This document shows positions 31,287 through 40,610 of a DNA stretch of 40,610 nt, one piece after another. The notes under the pieces are model-generated. The model worked only from the letters and a program-made list of their open reading frames with translations. It ran no database searches and had not been told where the DNA came from. Source of the DNA: an uncultured Candidatus Saccharibacteria bacterium (GTDB lineage: Bacteria; Patescibacteriota; Minisyncoccia; 2-02-FULL-40-12; GWA2-44-9). The stretch's first letter is position 1. Each line of letters starts with the position of its first letter. A program made the translations under genes and the position numbers. Location of the stretch: NCBI GenBank assembly GCA_964491455.1, contig CAZBFM010000001.1, positions 522,293 through 562,902 of the forward strand, written 5' to 3'.

Positions 31287-32299
31287 AATTGAAATTTGCA
31301 AAACTCGACCCCGTTCTGACGGTCGTCCTCCTACTGGCGTGCGTTGCTGTACTAGCGCTTCTGTATTGGCTCTTCGGCTCGTCGTCTCTCGTTATCTCGA
31401 ATACAAACCCCCCAAGCTCGCGAACGCTCGGAGCGTTGAGTGGTACGCCGTGCGATCATGCCAATCAGCGCCCCATAGCGGTTATGCTCTCATCAGATGC
31501 TGAAGCACGACCGTTATCGGCTATCGGGCAAGCTGACATGGTTTTTGAAATGCCGGTTACACCGAACGGCATCACGCGCATGATGGCAGTCTATCAATGC
31601 AACCAACCACGTGAGCTTGGCTCTATTCGATCCGCTCGAGGAGATTTCATACCGCTCGCGCAAGGTCTCGATGCCATTCTCGTTCACTGGGGAGGGGAGA
31701 AGGATGCGCTCACAGAACTCAACAACGGTGTCATCGATAACATTGACGCACTGAAATACGAGGGTACGACATTTTTCCGGAAAAATGGCGTCGCTCGCCC
31801 ACACAATGGATTCACCTCCAGCGAGCTCCTGTGGGAGCGCGTAGAAACATTGGGATACCGCGCAACCTCAAGTATTGCCCCATACCTCCACCAATCCGTG
31901 AATGGCGATCGTAATCTTGGTTCGCTAACCACAACCGTCGAGCAAGCGTGGCCCCAAGGCATGAATGTACGCTTCACCTACAACAACACCACAAACACCT
32001 ATCTTCGCGAGCGAGGAAACAAGCCAGAATACGACGCATCATCAAACTCGCAAGTCCACGCCAGTGTCGTTATCGCAATGCACACAACAGCGACATTTCT
32101 CCATGACCAGTATATTCATGTACAAACTCTTGGAAGCGGCGTAGCAACGATTTGGCAACGAGGTCAACGTAGCAGTGCGCTCTGGAAGAAAGAACGCTCG
32201 ACGGATCCATTGCTCTTTACTGATAGCAAAGGCACACGTATTTCTTTTGAACCTGGTACGATCTGGGTACTCATCGACGCGCCACTACCAACCCCGTAG
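31283..32299 (+). CDS. DUF3048 family exported protein
   Basis: TM/signal anchor, then RPIAVMLSSDAEARPLSAIGQADMVFEMPVTPNGITRMMAVYQ, typical of DUF3048. The start overlaps the polA stop (ATGA). Confidence 0.6.
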   Translation: MKLKFAKLDPVLTVVLLLACVAVLALLYWLFGSSSLVISNTNPPSSRTLGALSGTPCDHANQRPIAVMLSSDAEARPLSAIGQADMVFEMPVTPNGITRMMAVYQCNQPRELGSIRSARGDFIPLAQGLDAILVHWGGEKDALTELNNGVIDNIDALKYEGTTFFRKNGVARPHNGFTSSELLWERVETLGYRATSSIAPYLHQSVNGDRNLGSLTTTVEQAWPQGMNVRFTYNNTTNTYLRERGNKPEYDASSNSQVHASVVIAMHTTATFLHDQYIHVQTLGSGVATIWQRGQRSSALWKKERSTDPLLFTDSKGTRISFEPGTIWVLIDAPLPTP

Positions 32300-32302
32300 C
32301 AC

Positions 32303-33241
32303 ATGCTTCACCTCATTCACGGCAAAGATCCCTACCAGATACGCTCTGCACTCGCTGCCACCATTGCGAAGCAGTCGGCTACGCACGCGCAATCGCTCGA
32401 AGTGATTCGCCTTGATTGCCGAGACGAGAACACTCTGGACGCTCTTCATCGGCAACTTAAGTATCCTTCGTTTCTGCATCACCCCCGCATTATTGTCGCC
32501 TCAAACGCGGCTCATGCATCGATGGAAGAGATACTCGAAGAATACGACGTTCCGAATCTATCAGACATCATCTTCCTCGCCACCATTAATACATCAGAAA
32601 AAGATGCCGATAAGAAAATACTCGCGAAGCTTCAAAAAATAGCACCCTCAAGCACGCATGCTGAGGCACTCTCCGGAAAGGAACTTGAAGTATGGGCGCG
32701 CGCGTACTGCTCTGACAGAGGATCCGATCTTCCACCCACGGCCTGGACTCATCTCCTTCGTCGCGTAGGGGAGGATATGTCGCAATTGTCTCATGAGCTC
32801 GAAAAGCTCACCGCTTACGCCGGAGCTACACCTATCGACGTCGATATGATTACACTACTCACGTCGGCACGTCAGGATCATGATACGTGGGAGCTCTCCA
32901 ATGCCGTTGCCGCCCATGATAAACGCGCCACCCTCAAGGCTTTGTGGCGTAGCCTGCGGGATGGCACCCCTGAACAGATCGTCCTTGGCTCACTCGCTTC
33001 AGGACTACGAAATCTCATCATGATTCAAGACGTAGCCTCTCGAAAGACGAGCTCAGCGGTGATCGCTACCACGATTGGACTACATCCATTTGTTGTTTCA
33101 AAATCACTTGCCGGCGCTCGTCTTGCGACCCCCCAGAAATTACAAAAAGCATTTCTCTCATTAACTGAACTGGAGCGCTCATCAAAAGATGGCACCGCAC
33201 ACCTCACCGACGGTCTCTTTCACGTCGTTCTCTCATTATAA
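32303..33241 (+). CDS. holA: DNA polymerase III delta subunit
   Basis: MLHLIHGKDPYQIRSAL..., HELEKLTAYAG...ID, TWELSNAVAAHDKRATLKAL. Length and pattern fit HolA. Confidence 0.7.
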   Translation: MLHLIHGKDPYQIRSALAATIAKQSATHAQSLEVIRLDCRDENTLDALHRQLKYPSFLHHPRIIVASNAAHASMEEILEEYDVPNLSDIIFLATINTSEKDADKKILAKLQKIAPSSTHAEALSGKELEVWARAYCSDRGSDLPPTAWTHLLRRVGEDMSQLSHELEKLTAYAGATPIDVDMITLLTSARQDHDTWELSNAVAAHDKRATLKALWRSLRDGTPEQIVLGSLASGLRNLIMIQDVASRKTSSAVIATTIGLHPFVVSKSLAGARLATPQKLQKAFLSLTELERSSKDGTAHLTDGLFHVVLSL

Positions 33242-33298
33242 GTCGCGTTCGAATTACTTTGCCAATATTGCTATTTTGTGGTAGAGTAGAGATCTGCT

Positions 33299-34849
33299 AT
33301 GTCGCATGACTACCTCGCGTACGGACGCGCAACCGAAATACAATCTCCTAGCGATAGACGGCTCTACCGCCTCCTGGAAATGCAGCCGGGTATATTCTCC
33401 TGGGGGACGCTCATCGCTGTCGTCGCTGCTTCGTACTGGTTTCCCGTGTTTGCGTCTCTTTTTATTATCGGGTTCGACGTATACTGGTTGATGAAGACAA
33501 TTTTTCTGTCAGCTCACATGAACCATACGTATCGAAAGATGCGAGCACAGCAACGCATAGATTGGATGCGGCGACTTCGCGAGGAAGATCCTTCATCAGC
33601 AATGCTTCCCGATGTTCACTTCACTGACATTCGCCATCTCGTTATTTTGCCCATGGCAACGGAACCCCATGAAGTCGTTCGTGAAAGTTTTGAAGGACTC
33701 TTAAAGACCACCTGGCCACTAGAACGCATGCTCGTCGTATTGGCCATTGAAGGTCGGGTAGGGGACTCAGCGCGTGCCATTGCGAAACGCATCCAGCAAG
33801 AATACGGCAATCGATTTTTGCGATTGATTGTATCTGAGCATCCCGATGCAATCGAGGGCGAGATTCGCGGTAAGGGCTCCAATGAAACCTGGGCAGGGAA
33901 ACAGGCCGTACAAGTCATAGACGAACTCGGCATTCCTCGCGAGCGCGTGATCGTTTCGGTATTCGATGTCGACACCGTTGCACCTCATGATTTTTTTGCT
34001 TGTCTCACCTGGAATTTCCTCACCGCAGCTCAACCGCTTCGCTCGTCCTTTCAACCGATTCCTATTTTCAGTAACAATATCTGGCACGCTCCGGCATTCG
34101 CGCGCGTATTCGCATTTTCGACAACATTTTGGCAAATGATTCAGCAGGCACGACCCGAGCAGCTCGTCACGTTTTCAAGCCAATCAATAAGCCTGCCAGC
34201 GCTTATCGATGTCGGTTTTTGGCAGGTCAACGTCGTATCAGAAGATTCCCAGATATATTGGAAATGCTTCCTACGCTATGATGGCGACTGGACGACCGTC
34301 CCGCTCAACTATCCAGTCTATATGGATGCGAACGTTGCGCCGACATTCTGGGGCACCCTCATCAATCAATATAAGCAGATCCGCAGATGGCACTATGGAG
34401 TAGAGAACAACCCGTACTTCCTCTTTGGCTTCATCAAGAACAAAAAAATTGCATGGCAAAAAAAGTGGCACCATGCATTCAATATGATTGAAAAAACACA
34501 TTCGAGCGCTACGAATGCATTGATCATCTTCCTCCTTGGTTGGCTTCCAGTAACCATCGGTACGGGACATTTTGGTGCCAGCGTCCTCTCGTATAATCTT
34601 CCGCACATCACCAAAGTCATCATGATGCTCGCCATGGTGGGACTCATCTCATCCGCGGTCATATCACTCGTTCTTCTCCCGCCGCGCCCACCAAATTTCG
34701 GAAAATTCCGATTTGTATGGATGATTCTTCAGTGGCTTCTTTTCCCAATCAATTTCATCCTCTTTGGTTCTATTCCGGCGCTGGACGCGCAAACACGTCT
34801 CATGCTTGGTAAGTATATGGGCTTTTGGGTGACACCGAAGTCACGATAG
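33299..34849 (+). CDS. Membrane-embedded family 2 glycosyltransferase, processive type (cellulose/chitin synthase-like)
   Basis: N- and C-terminal TM helices. Motifs VSVFDVDTV (DxD), VVSEDSQIYWK (ED) and QYKQIRRWHYG (QxxRW). Confidence 0.65.
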   Translation: MSHDYLAYGRATEIQSPSDRRLYRLLEMQPGIFSWGTLIAVVAASYWFPVFASLFIIGFDVYWLMKTIFLSAHMNHTYRKMRAQQRIDWMRRLREEDPSSAMLPDVHFTDIRHLVILPMATEPHEVVRESFEGLLKTTWPLERMLVVLAIEGRVGDSARAIAKRIQQEYGNRFLRLIVSEHPDAIEGEIRGKGSNETWAGKQAVQVIDELGIPRERVIVSVFDVDTVAPHDFFACLTWNFLTAAQPLRSSFQPIPIFSNNIWHAPAFARVFAFSTTFWQMIQQARPEQLVTFSSQSISLPALIDVGFWQVNVVSEDSQIYWKCFLRYDGDWTTVPLNYPVYMDANVAPTFWGTLINQYKQIRRWHYGVENNPYFLFGFIKNKKIAWQKKWHHAFNMIEKTHSSATNALIIFLLGWLPVTIGTGHFGASVLSYNLPHITKVIMMLAMVGLISSAVISLVLLPPRPPNFGKFRFVWMILQWLLFPINFILFGSIPALDAQTRLMLGKYMGFWVTPKSR

Positions 34850-34850
34850 T

Positions 34851-37016
34851 CTATTCGAAATGGGAGAACATCTGCACGTCTTTCACTTGCGCCGCTATCA
34901 CGGGGTGACGCTCAAGATTTGGGTCGAGCTCCATGATTGATTGTGCAGCAGAACGTGCTTTTTTGATAAGGTCGACGTTAGCGAGAGCTTCCATGGTTAG
35001 ATCAGGCAATCCCGATTGCTTGATGCCAAAAAACTCTCCGGGACCACGGATTTTCATATCTTGCTCCGCCAGCAAGAAGCCATCATCGGTTTTGGTCATC
35101 GCCTGCAGACGACGATTACCGACGGAGTCATCGGTAGAGAAGAGGAAGCAGTATGATTGGTGGTGCGCGCGGCCAACCCGACCACGAAACTGGTGGAGCT
35201 GCGCGAGCCCAAAGCGATCCGCACCTTCAATGAGCATGATAGTGGCATTCGGGACATCAACACCAACCTCAATGACGGAGGTAGCAACCAGCACGTCATG
35301 CCACCCTTCTTTAAATTCGTGCATGATTGATTTTTTTTGAGCTGGCTTCATGCGTCCATGGAGCATCGCGACTTTGAGATCGGGAAATATCTCTTTCGAT
35401 AATTTCACATATTCAACCTCAACCGCTTTCACGCTCGCCCAGAGCACCGAAAGTTTCGTCTGCTTCAGTGGAGTTTTCGATGGCCCCGTCTCTACGCTAG
35501 GGGAGGAGACTTCAATGGCAGGACAGATAACAAACACCTGTCGACCACCTTTCACTTCTGCGCGAATGAAATCATAGACCTCCTGACGCTCGAGGGCGGA
35601 AACAACTTTTGTAGCGATGGGAAGGCGACCCTTTGGTTTTTCCCGTAGTATTGAAATATCGAGGTCACCAAAAATGGTCATGGCCAAGGTTCGCGGAATA
35701 GGCGTGGCCGTCATCGAGAGCAGGTGAGGGACCCGCGCAGTTGCACCACGACTTGATTTTACGAGCGCTGCTCGCTGTTGGACGCCAAATCGGTGCTGCT
35801 CATCAATCACCACCAGGGCAAGCGATGCAAATTTCACGTCCTGCTCTATCACCGCATGCGTGCCAATCACGACATGAACTCCTTGAGATGCGATGGCGTT
35901 CTTTACAGCCGTCTTTGTAGCCTCCTTTTCATCAATCATAGCCGTCGAGCCCGTCAGAAGCGCAGAAGTAATACCCGGAATCTTTGCGAGTAACGCACGC
36001 AGCGTGCGATAGTGCTGCTGCGCCAACACTTCTGTGGGGACTAATATCACAGTCTGGTGTCCCTCCCGTGCCGCATGGAATGCCGCAAGGAGTGCCACGA
36101 CCGTTTTACCGCTTCCTACATCTCCCTCGAGAAGTCTATTCATCGGATAGGGACGCTCCATATCTTTGAGAATCTCCAGCGTCGCGACTCTCTGGTCTTT
36201 GGTAAGCGGAAAGGGGAGGGTAGCCACGAGCTCACGCATGAGCGAAGCATCAAGCGGGATACTGGTTGCAAGAAGTTGCGTAATGAATCTTCGCTCCTGC
36301 AGCGCCTTAAGCTGCAGGAGAAGCAGGTCATCAAAGGCAAGCCGCTCTCGCGCGTGAGGCACCGCATCTTCTGACTCGGGATAATGAACAACACGTAACG
36401 CATCAAGCAGTGGCGCAAGATCATACTGTCGTCGTATCTCTTCGGGAAGGGGATCACTAAGGTGAAGCGTTTCCAGAATCGGCTGGACGAGGAATCGTAA
36501 GAACTTCGATGTGACCCCATCTGTTTCAGGATAGATGGGTATCAGGCGACCCGTATGGACAAGCCCCGTCGCCTCATCTCGCGTTGCTCCCACTTTTTCA
36601 AAAATGGGACTCGACATATACAGTCCTCGCTTATCGAGAACCACTTTTCCTGAAATAGAAAGAAGCGTACCTTCGGCAAGCGTGTCTTCGAGGTAGGGCT
36701 GATTGAACCAGACCGCTCGTAAAGCGCCGCTATCATCTTGCACCGTCGCAGTAGTGATCGTCATGCGCTTCGGCCAAATATTTCTCGTGGTGATTGCAAT
36801 AACCCGACCCTGAATCGTCTGCTTGAGCCCAGGCACGACCTGATCAATAGCCACGAATTGACTGTAGTCTTCATATCGCGCGGGTAGGTGCCAGAGCAAT
36901 TGACGCACCGTTCGAATGCCAAGCTTGGCCAGTCGCGCCGCACTTCGCGCTCCCACAGAGCGAATCGAAGTAACCGGCGCTGAAAGATCCTGTGTCGTGG
37001 AAGAGGAGGAAATCAT
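34851..37016 (-). CDS. recG: ATP-dependent DNA helicase RecG
   Basis: Wedge domain, GDVGSGKTVVALLAA, VVIDEQHRFGV, MTATPIPRTLA, LHQFRGRVGR. ATG at 37016 is preferred because the TTG at 37046 lies inside the upstream terminator hairpin. Confidence 0.95.
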   Translation of the reverse strand: MISSSSTTQDLSAPVTSIRSVGARSAARLAKLGIRTVRQLLWHLPARYEDYSQFVAIDQVVPGLKQTIQGRVIAITTRNIWPKRMTITTATVQDDSGALRAVWFNQPYLEDTLAEGTLLSISGKVVLDKRGLYMSSPIFEKVGATRDEATGLVHTGRLIPIYPETDGVTSKFLRFLVQPILETLHLSDPLPEEIRRQYDLAPLLDALRVVHYPESEDAVPHARERLAFDDLLLLQLKALQERRFITQLLATSIPLDASLMRELVATLPFPLTKDQRVATLEILKDMERPYPMNRLLEGDVGSGKTVVALLAAFHAAREGHQTVILVPTEVLAQQHYRTLRALLAKIPGITSALLTGSTAMIDEKEATKTAVKNAIASQGVHVVIGTHAVIEQDVKFASLALVVIDEQHRFGVQQRAALVKSSRGATARVPHLLSMTATPIPRTLAMTIFGDLDISILREKPKGRLPIATKVVSALERQEVYDFIRAEVKGGRQVFVICPAIEVSSPSVETGPSKTPLKQTKLSVLWASVKAVEVEYVKLSKEIFPDLKVAMLHGRMKPAQKKSIMHEFKEGWHDVLVATSVIEVGVDVPNATIMLIEGADRFGLAQLHQFRGRVGRAHHQSYCFLFSTDDSVGNRRLQAMTKTDDGFLLAEQDMKIRGPGEFFGIKQSGLPDLTMEALANVDLIKKARSAAQSIMELDPNLERHPVIAAQVKDVQMFSHFE

Positions 37017-37042
37017 CACACTATCAATACCATGGCTCCACA

Positions 37043-37080
37043 ACAAACGAAAGCGGACGTTGACGCCCGCTTTCGTTTGT
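37043..37080 (-). terminator. Hairpin terminator after the adhesin-like gene cluster
   Basis: 14-bp stem ACAAACGAAAGCGG / CCGCTTTCGTTTGT with a 10-nt loop, between the stop at 37085 and recG. Confidence 0.6.
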
Positions 37081-37084
37081 TCAT

Positions 37085-38299
37085 CTAACTTCGAAAATCG
37101 AGCGGGTCTCTATCGCTCGTGATCGCGTCAACTTCATGACGCTTATACGTCGACGTATGCGTATACGAAACATACAACAAGGTCAGAATCGATGAGATAA
37201 GAAATGCTGCGAGAAGCGCATCGCCGGGTCCCGTTTGCACCACGCCCGTAGTGCCGGGTGCCGGCTTGGTTACTGAAAAAACAAGTGAATCATTCGCCTC
37301 ACCATCTCCGACAGTTTGCATCTTCGCAACGGATTGTAGTTGAGTGGTGCCAACCACAAATTGCGCGGCAGATACATTCACACGAAGTGTGATAGTGGTA
37401 CTCTGACTCGGACCTAACATTCCCAGAGAAAGACCCCCCGCAGCAATCGTGTCAACGCTCGTGGGAATACCGGCAATCGTAGTGCTGCCCGCAATATATG
37501 TAATTCCGGGTGGCAACAGTATCATCACCATCGCCCCGGAAAGATTCCCAAGCGCAGAAGCATTACGTGCTTGCAGGCGAATTTCAGCTACTTGTCCGGT
37601 TCGAATCTGAATCGACTTCGATTGCCCGCCTGACACGGAAATATTCTCTCCACTCATCAGAATACTCGGAGACCCTCGAGGCGGTGGCGTTGACGTGGAT
37701 GTTATCGTGGGGAAGGGGGTTGGAACTACCGTCATCGTGGGAATCGGTGTGTTGCTTGGGGCTGGAGTAGCGGTTGGTGCTGGAATCGCGGTTGGAGTAG
37801 GAGTAGCCGTTGGCGTTGGTGAGGCAACGGTACTACAGGTGACGGCGTTGGACGCAGTATCTGCCCATGCCTTATGACGATAGACGTAGGTGTGCCCTGG
37901 TTGAATGTTCGTGTCAGTGTACGTCGTCACATTCAGATTTGTGCACGGTGAAAGATTATTTGGACCTCCACATACCCACTGATTTGTTGCGCCGTCCATT
38001 GAACGCAAAATACTATTGGAATCGTGTCCAGCGGGAAGCGTCCACGTAAGCACATTTTGCGTGGCACTGCATTGAATAGAGAGTGCTGATGGCGCATGCA
38101 CAGCGGCAGCAAAGAATCGATTCACTTCAAGAGTAAAGCCCAAACGCGCCCACACTATCAAGAGGATGCTAACGATCGTGAACGCGCTCGCCAAAAGAAT
38201 CCAGTGCACTCGATAAAATCGCAGCATTGAACTCCGAGCTAAAGCTAGACGTTGCCGTATACCGTCGAAAGCGCTTTGAATACTCGGGGGAAGCTGCAT
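37085..38299 (-). CDS. Surface adhesin-like protein: TM plus RFFA motif, FN3-like module, PT linker, DUF11-like repeat, TGPGD-TM-DFRS anchor
   Basis: N-terminus ...IVWARLGFTLEVNRFFAAA. PT linker PTPTATPTPTAIPAPTATPAPSNTPIPT. DUF11-like LLPPGITYIAGSTTIAGIPTS...TTITLRVNV. Anchor module at 37085-37237. An alternative start is at 38227. Confidence 0.7.
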   Translation of the reverse strand: MQLPPSIQSAFDGIRQRLALARSSMLRFYRVHWILLASAFTIVSILLIVWARLGFTLEVNRFFAAAVHAPSALSIQCSATQNVLTWTLPAGHDSNSILRSMDGATNQWVCGGPNNLSPCTNLNVTTYTDTNIQPGHTYVYRHKAWADTASNAVTCSTVASPTPTATPTPTAIPAPTATPAPSNTPIPTMTVVPTPFPTITSTSTPPPRGSPSILMSGENISVSGGQSKSIQIRTGQVAEIRLQARNASALGNLSGAMVMILLPPGITYIAGSTTIAGIPTSVDTIAAGGLSLGMLGPSQSTTITLRVNVSAAQFVVGTTQLQSVAKMQTVGDGEANDSLVFSVTKPAPGTTGVVQTGPGDALLAAFLISSILTLLYVSYTHTSTYKRHEVDAITSDRDPLDFRS

Positions 38300-38301
38300 G
38301 A

Positions 38302-40317
38302 CTACGATCTAAAATCTTCGCCTTCCGACTGCGCGCGATGAGCGATATCCTTTATTTCTCGACGGCGATACATATCGGAGTGAGCATATCCCACATATAA
38401 GAGCGAAACGAGTGCCGAAATAATCAGCGCTACCACTGTTGTCTCTCCGGGTCCCGTGCTTACCGGGGGGATAACGACTCCACCATTCACGATCACAATT
38501 GGCAATTGCGCTGACAACGACGGAACACCGGTCGCCGTGATGGTTGCGGCATTAATAATAGTCGTAGTTCCAGAAGGCAGCATTGCCGCACCAGTCACGA
38601 CGCCGGAAAGCGTCACAACCGATTCCTGACCTGGAGCCAAGACTCCGAGGGGGATTCCAGTCGTCGTGATCACGTCAGAAGCGCTGATACCGCCCACTGC
38701 CACACTTCCTCTGAGGAGGCTCACTTCTGGCGGCAAGATGTCGCGTATGACCGCATCAGTAATGGGGAGGGACGACGTGTTTCTCACGCGAAGAACAAAT
38801 GAAAGCGTTTGCGTGGGCGACGTGCGAACAGGGGAGGACTCCGCAGTATCTCCGCGAGTGATATTCTTGCCCATCTTTGTCAGGGAGATGCTCAATGAAG
38901 GCGGGGCTGTCATCACCGAAATAAACGCTGAGTCGCTTACTTCGCTAACATTCGATCCGCGAGCAAATGCAGTGTTCGTAAGCGAGCTTGTTCCCGACGA
39001 GAAGAACGATGCATTTGCAATTGTCGCGTAGAACCGAACGGTCACCGTGCGGCCCTGTGCCATGTTTCCGATACTTAAGCCAGTCGACACCACGCCGTCA
39101 GTCGCTGCGATGGCATCAATGGTAGTAGATCCAACTACATAGGATAGCCCCGATGGCAGGGCATCACGCAGCGTCACAGCATTCACAGTTCCCGTTCCTG
39201 AGGACGTGATCGCAATCGAGAACTCAACAGTTTGCAGTGGATTCGCAGTAACGCTATCGGATTGAGACGACCCCTGCGTAACATTGCGAACCAACTTCGC
39301 GATGCTCAATTGAGGTACCTGCGGGGCAGGGGTAGGCGTCGCAGAAGGCGTTGGAGTAGCGGTTGGAGTTACTGACACGGAAGGGGTCGGGGTGGGAGTG
39401 CCCGTCGGAGTCGGGGTCGGAGTCGCGGTTGGAGTCGCTGTGGCAATCGCTCCACAATTAATGCCCGTATTAAAGAGCATAGCCGAATGATACTCAAACT
39501 GGTCTGATCTTGGATCGGCAGTACATACAGCGTCTACGTTATAGACATTGAAATCGATTTGATAGCGTCCGCATACAGCAGTGATCGTTTCAGAAAAACT
39601 CTTTGTTTGCCCCGCATCTATCGTTGTCCATCCGTGAATGTCTTTTGTACCTCCAGCTTCGTTGCCATATGAGTAGTCGCAATTAGCTGTACGGTCGTGA
39701 TACACGCGCGTTACATGACCAACGGGGAAGGAGTACGTATTTGTGAGATTCGAGAAATTCGTCTGAGAGCTACCGGGCGAAACCGTCATGCAGGCACCAC
39801 CCCCGGATTTTGAGTTAATAAGTACTTTTCCGCCCTTTTCTGATGTGAGATTGACACAGACAGAGCCTCCGCCTGGTGTCGCTGTTGGCGTTACTGTAGG
39901 TGCTGCTGTAGGAGTAGCATCGGGAGTCGGCGTAATATCGGGCCCGGGGGGTACAGTGGGATTTGACTGAATACAAACAGCAGCCGTGTTGTTTGCAGCT
40001 GGATCGCAACCATTCGCACAGACCTCTACGATAGCTCCGCTGCAATTAGAATAGTGCTCAAACACATCAGAGCCCGAACATGAGCGCGCTGTTGCTATGC
40101 ACGCATCGGCACCACCATTATCTGTAGGGGGTGGCGTAACATCAAATTGATCAGCTGGTGCACCCTCCTTATTACTAGCAAAAAAACGAGATACGTTGAG
40201 TGAGAATCCATGCTGCCACCAGAAATAGAATCCAGTAACTGCAATTACAATAAATAGTGCAAAAATAAATATCTTATTTGATCGGATATATGCAGAGACT
40301 CTTGAAAATAGGGGCAC
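38302..40317 (-). CDS. Surface adhesin-like protein: TM plus RFFASN motif, Cys-rich head, PT linkers, two DUF11-like repeats, TGPGE-TM-DFRS anchor
   Basis: GTG start. N-terminus ...FYFWWQHGFSLNVSRFFASN. DUF11-like VTLRDALPSGLSYVVGSTTID and VIRDILPPEVSLLRGSVAVGG. Anchor module at 38302-38460. Confidence 0.7.
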   Translation of the reverse strand: MPLFSRVSAYIRSNKIFIFALFIVIAVTGFYFWWQHGFSLNVSRFFASNKEGAPADQFDVTPPPTDNGGADACIATARSCSGSDVFEHYSNCSGAIVEVCANGCDPAANNTAAVCIQSNPTVPPGPDITPTPDATPTAAPTVTPTATPGGGSVCVNLTSEKGGKVLINSKSGGGACMTVSPGSSQTNFSNLTNTYSFPVGHVTRVYHDRTANCDYSYGNEAGGTKDIHGWTTIDAGQTKSFSETITAVCGRYQIDFNVYNVDAVCTADPRSDQFEYHSAMLFNTGINCGAIATATPTATPTPTPTGTPTPTPSVSVTPTATPTPSATPTPAPQVPQLSIAKLVRNVTQGSSQSDSVTANPLQTVEFSIAITSSGTGTVNAVTLRDALPSGLSYVVGSTTIDAIAATDGVVSTGLSIGNMAQGRTVTVRFYATIANASFFSSGTSSLTNTAFARGSNVSEVSDSAFISVMTAPPSLSISLTKMGKNITRGDTAESSPVRTSPTQTLSFVLRVRNTSSLPITDAVIRDILPPEVSLLRGSVAVGGISASDVITTTGIPLGVLAPGQESVVTLSGVVTGAAMLPSGTTTIINAATITATGVPSLSAQLPIVIVNGGVVIPPVSTGPGETTVVALIISALVSLLYVGYAHSDMYRRREIKDIAHRAQSEGEDFRS

Positions 40318-40390
40318 GAGATATAGAGAGTTAAAATCTCCCTTGAGTATACACCCTGGGAGATTTCATATACACCAACATATCCACAAA

Positions 40391-40610
40391 TTAGCTGCGA
40401 AAATCGAGTGGATCCTTTTCTTTTCCAATAGTATCGGCTTCTCGACGGAGATACGCGGACGATCTCGTGTAACCACTATACAAAAGCGTGAGAGCCGCTG
40501 CCGTAAGAAGCGCCATCAACACCGCATCGCCTGGTCCGGTCGGGATCTCACCGGCTTGCTGCTGACTTGAGTTACTCCCAAATACAGTGACCTGCACCGT
40601 CGCCACAACA
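40391..40610 (-). CDS. C-terminal end of a third adhesin-like protein with TGPGD-TM-DFRS anchor (gene continues beyond the window)
   Basis: The frame is open to the window edge and ends ...IPTGPGDAVLMALLTAAALTLLYSGYTRSSAYLRREADTIGKEKDPLDFRS. Confidence 0.65.
   Translation of the reverse strand, partial: VVATVQVTVFGSNSSQQQAGEIPTGPGDAVLMALLTAAALTLLYSGYTRSSAYLRREADTIGKEKDPLDFRS

Overview
About 50% GC bacterial chromosome segment. The short 511-aa IF-2, many TM-anchored hypothetical proteins, tightly packed or overlapping housekeeping genes and PT-rich surface proteins fit a small-genome Patescibacteria/CPR-like organism; this is inference and cannot be verified here. Housekeeping backbone: infB, rpsO, pnp, comM/yifB, yraN, nfo, a translationally coupled tsaE-polA-DUF3048-holA block, recG, a Xer-type tyrosine recombinase, two M23 peptidases, a processive GT2 glycosyltransferase and four tRNAs (Ser, Cys, Leu, Arg). 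Accessory content: (i) a four-gene operon (7140-12365) encoding two dockerin-tagged cargo proteins, a cohesin+dockerin adaptor and a membrane-anchored cohesin+Kazal-like protein, which is a minimal cellulosome-style surface assembly; (ii) three tandem adhesin-like genes (37085-40610). Four of these proteins share a conserved C-terminal module (TGPG[DE], TM helix, basic tail ending exactly in DFRS). Four share an N-terminal TM helix followed by W[RQ]xG[FV]x5-6[RT]FFA[AS]. I consider these modules the best candidate for an undescribed dedicated surface-sorting/anchoring system. Other oddities: a GGTGACA iteron-like array over a promoter in a 550-bp ORF-free region, with a second copy in frame inside comM; a 65-75% GC two-gene island between nfo and tsaE; a tRNA-Ser that folds by hand with an ACU anticodon, next to an inverted degenerate tRNA-Ser-like element; a LysM-M23 gene whose in-frame TM helix has no canonical start codon; and a 99-nt hairpin upstream of pnp. 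No CRISPR array, rRNA, transposase or recognisable defence operon was seen.
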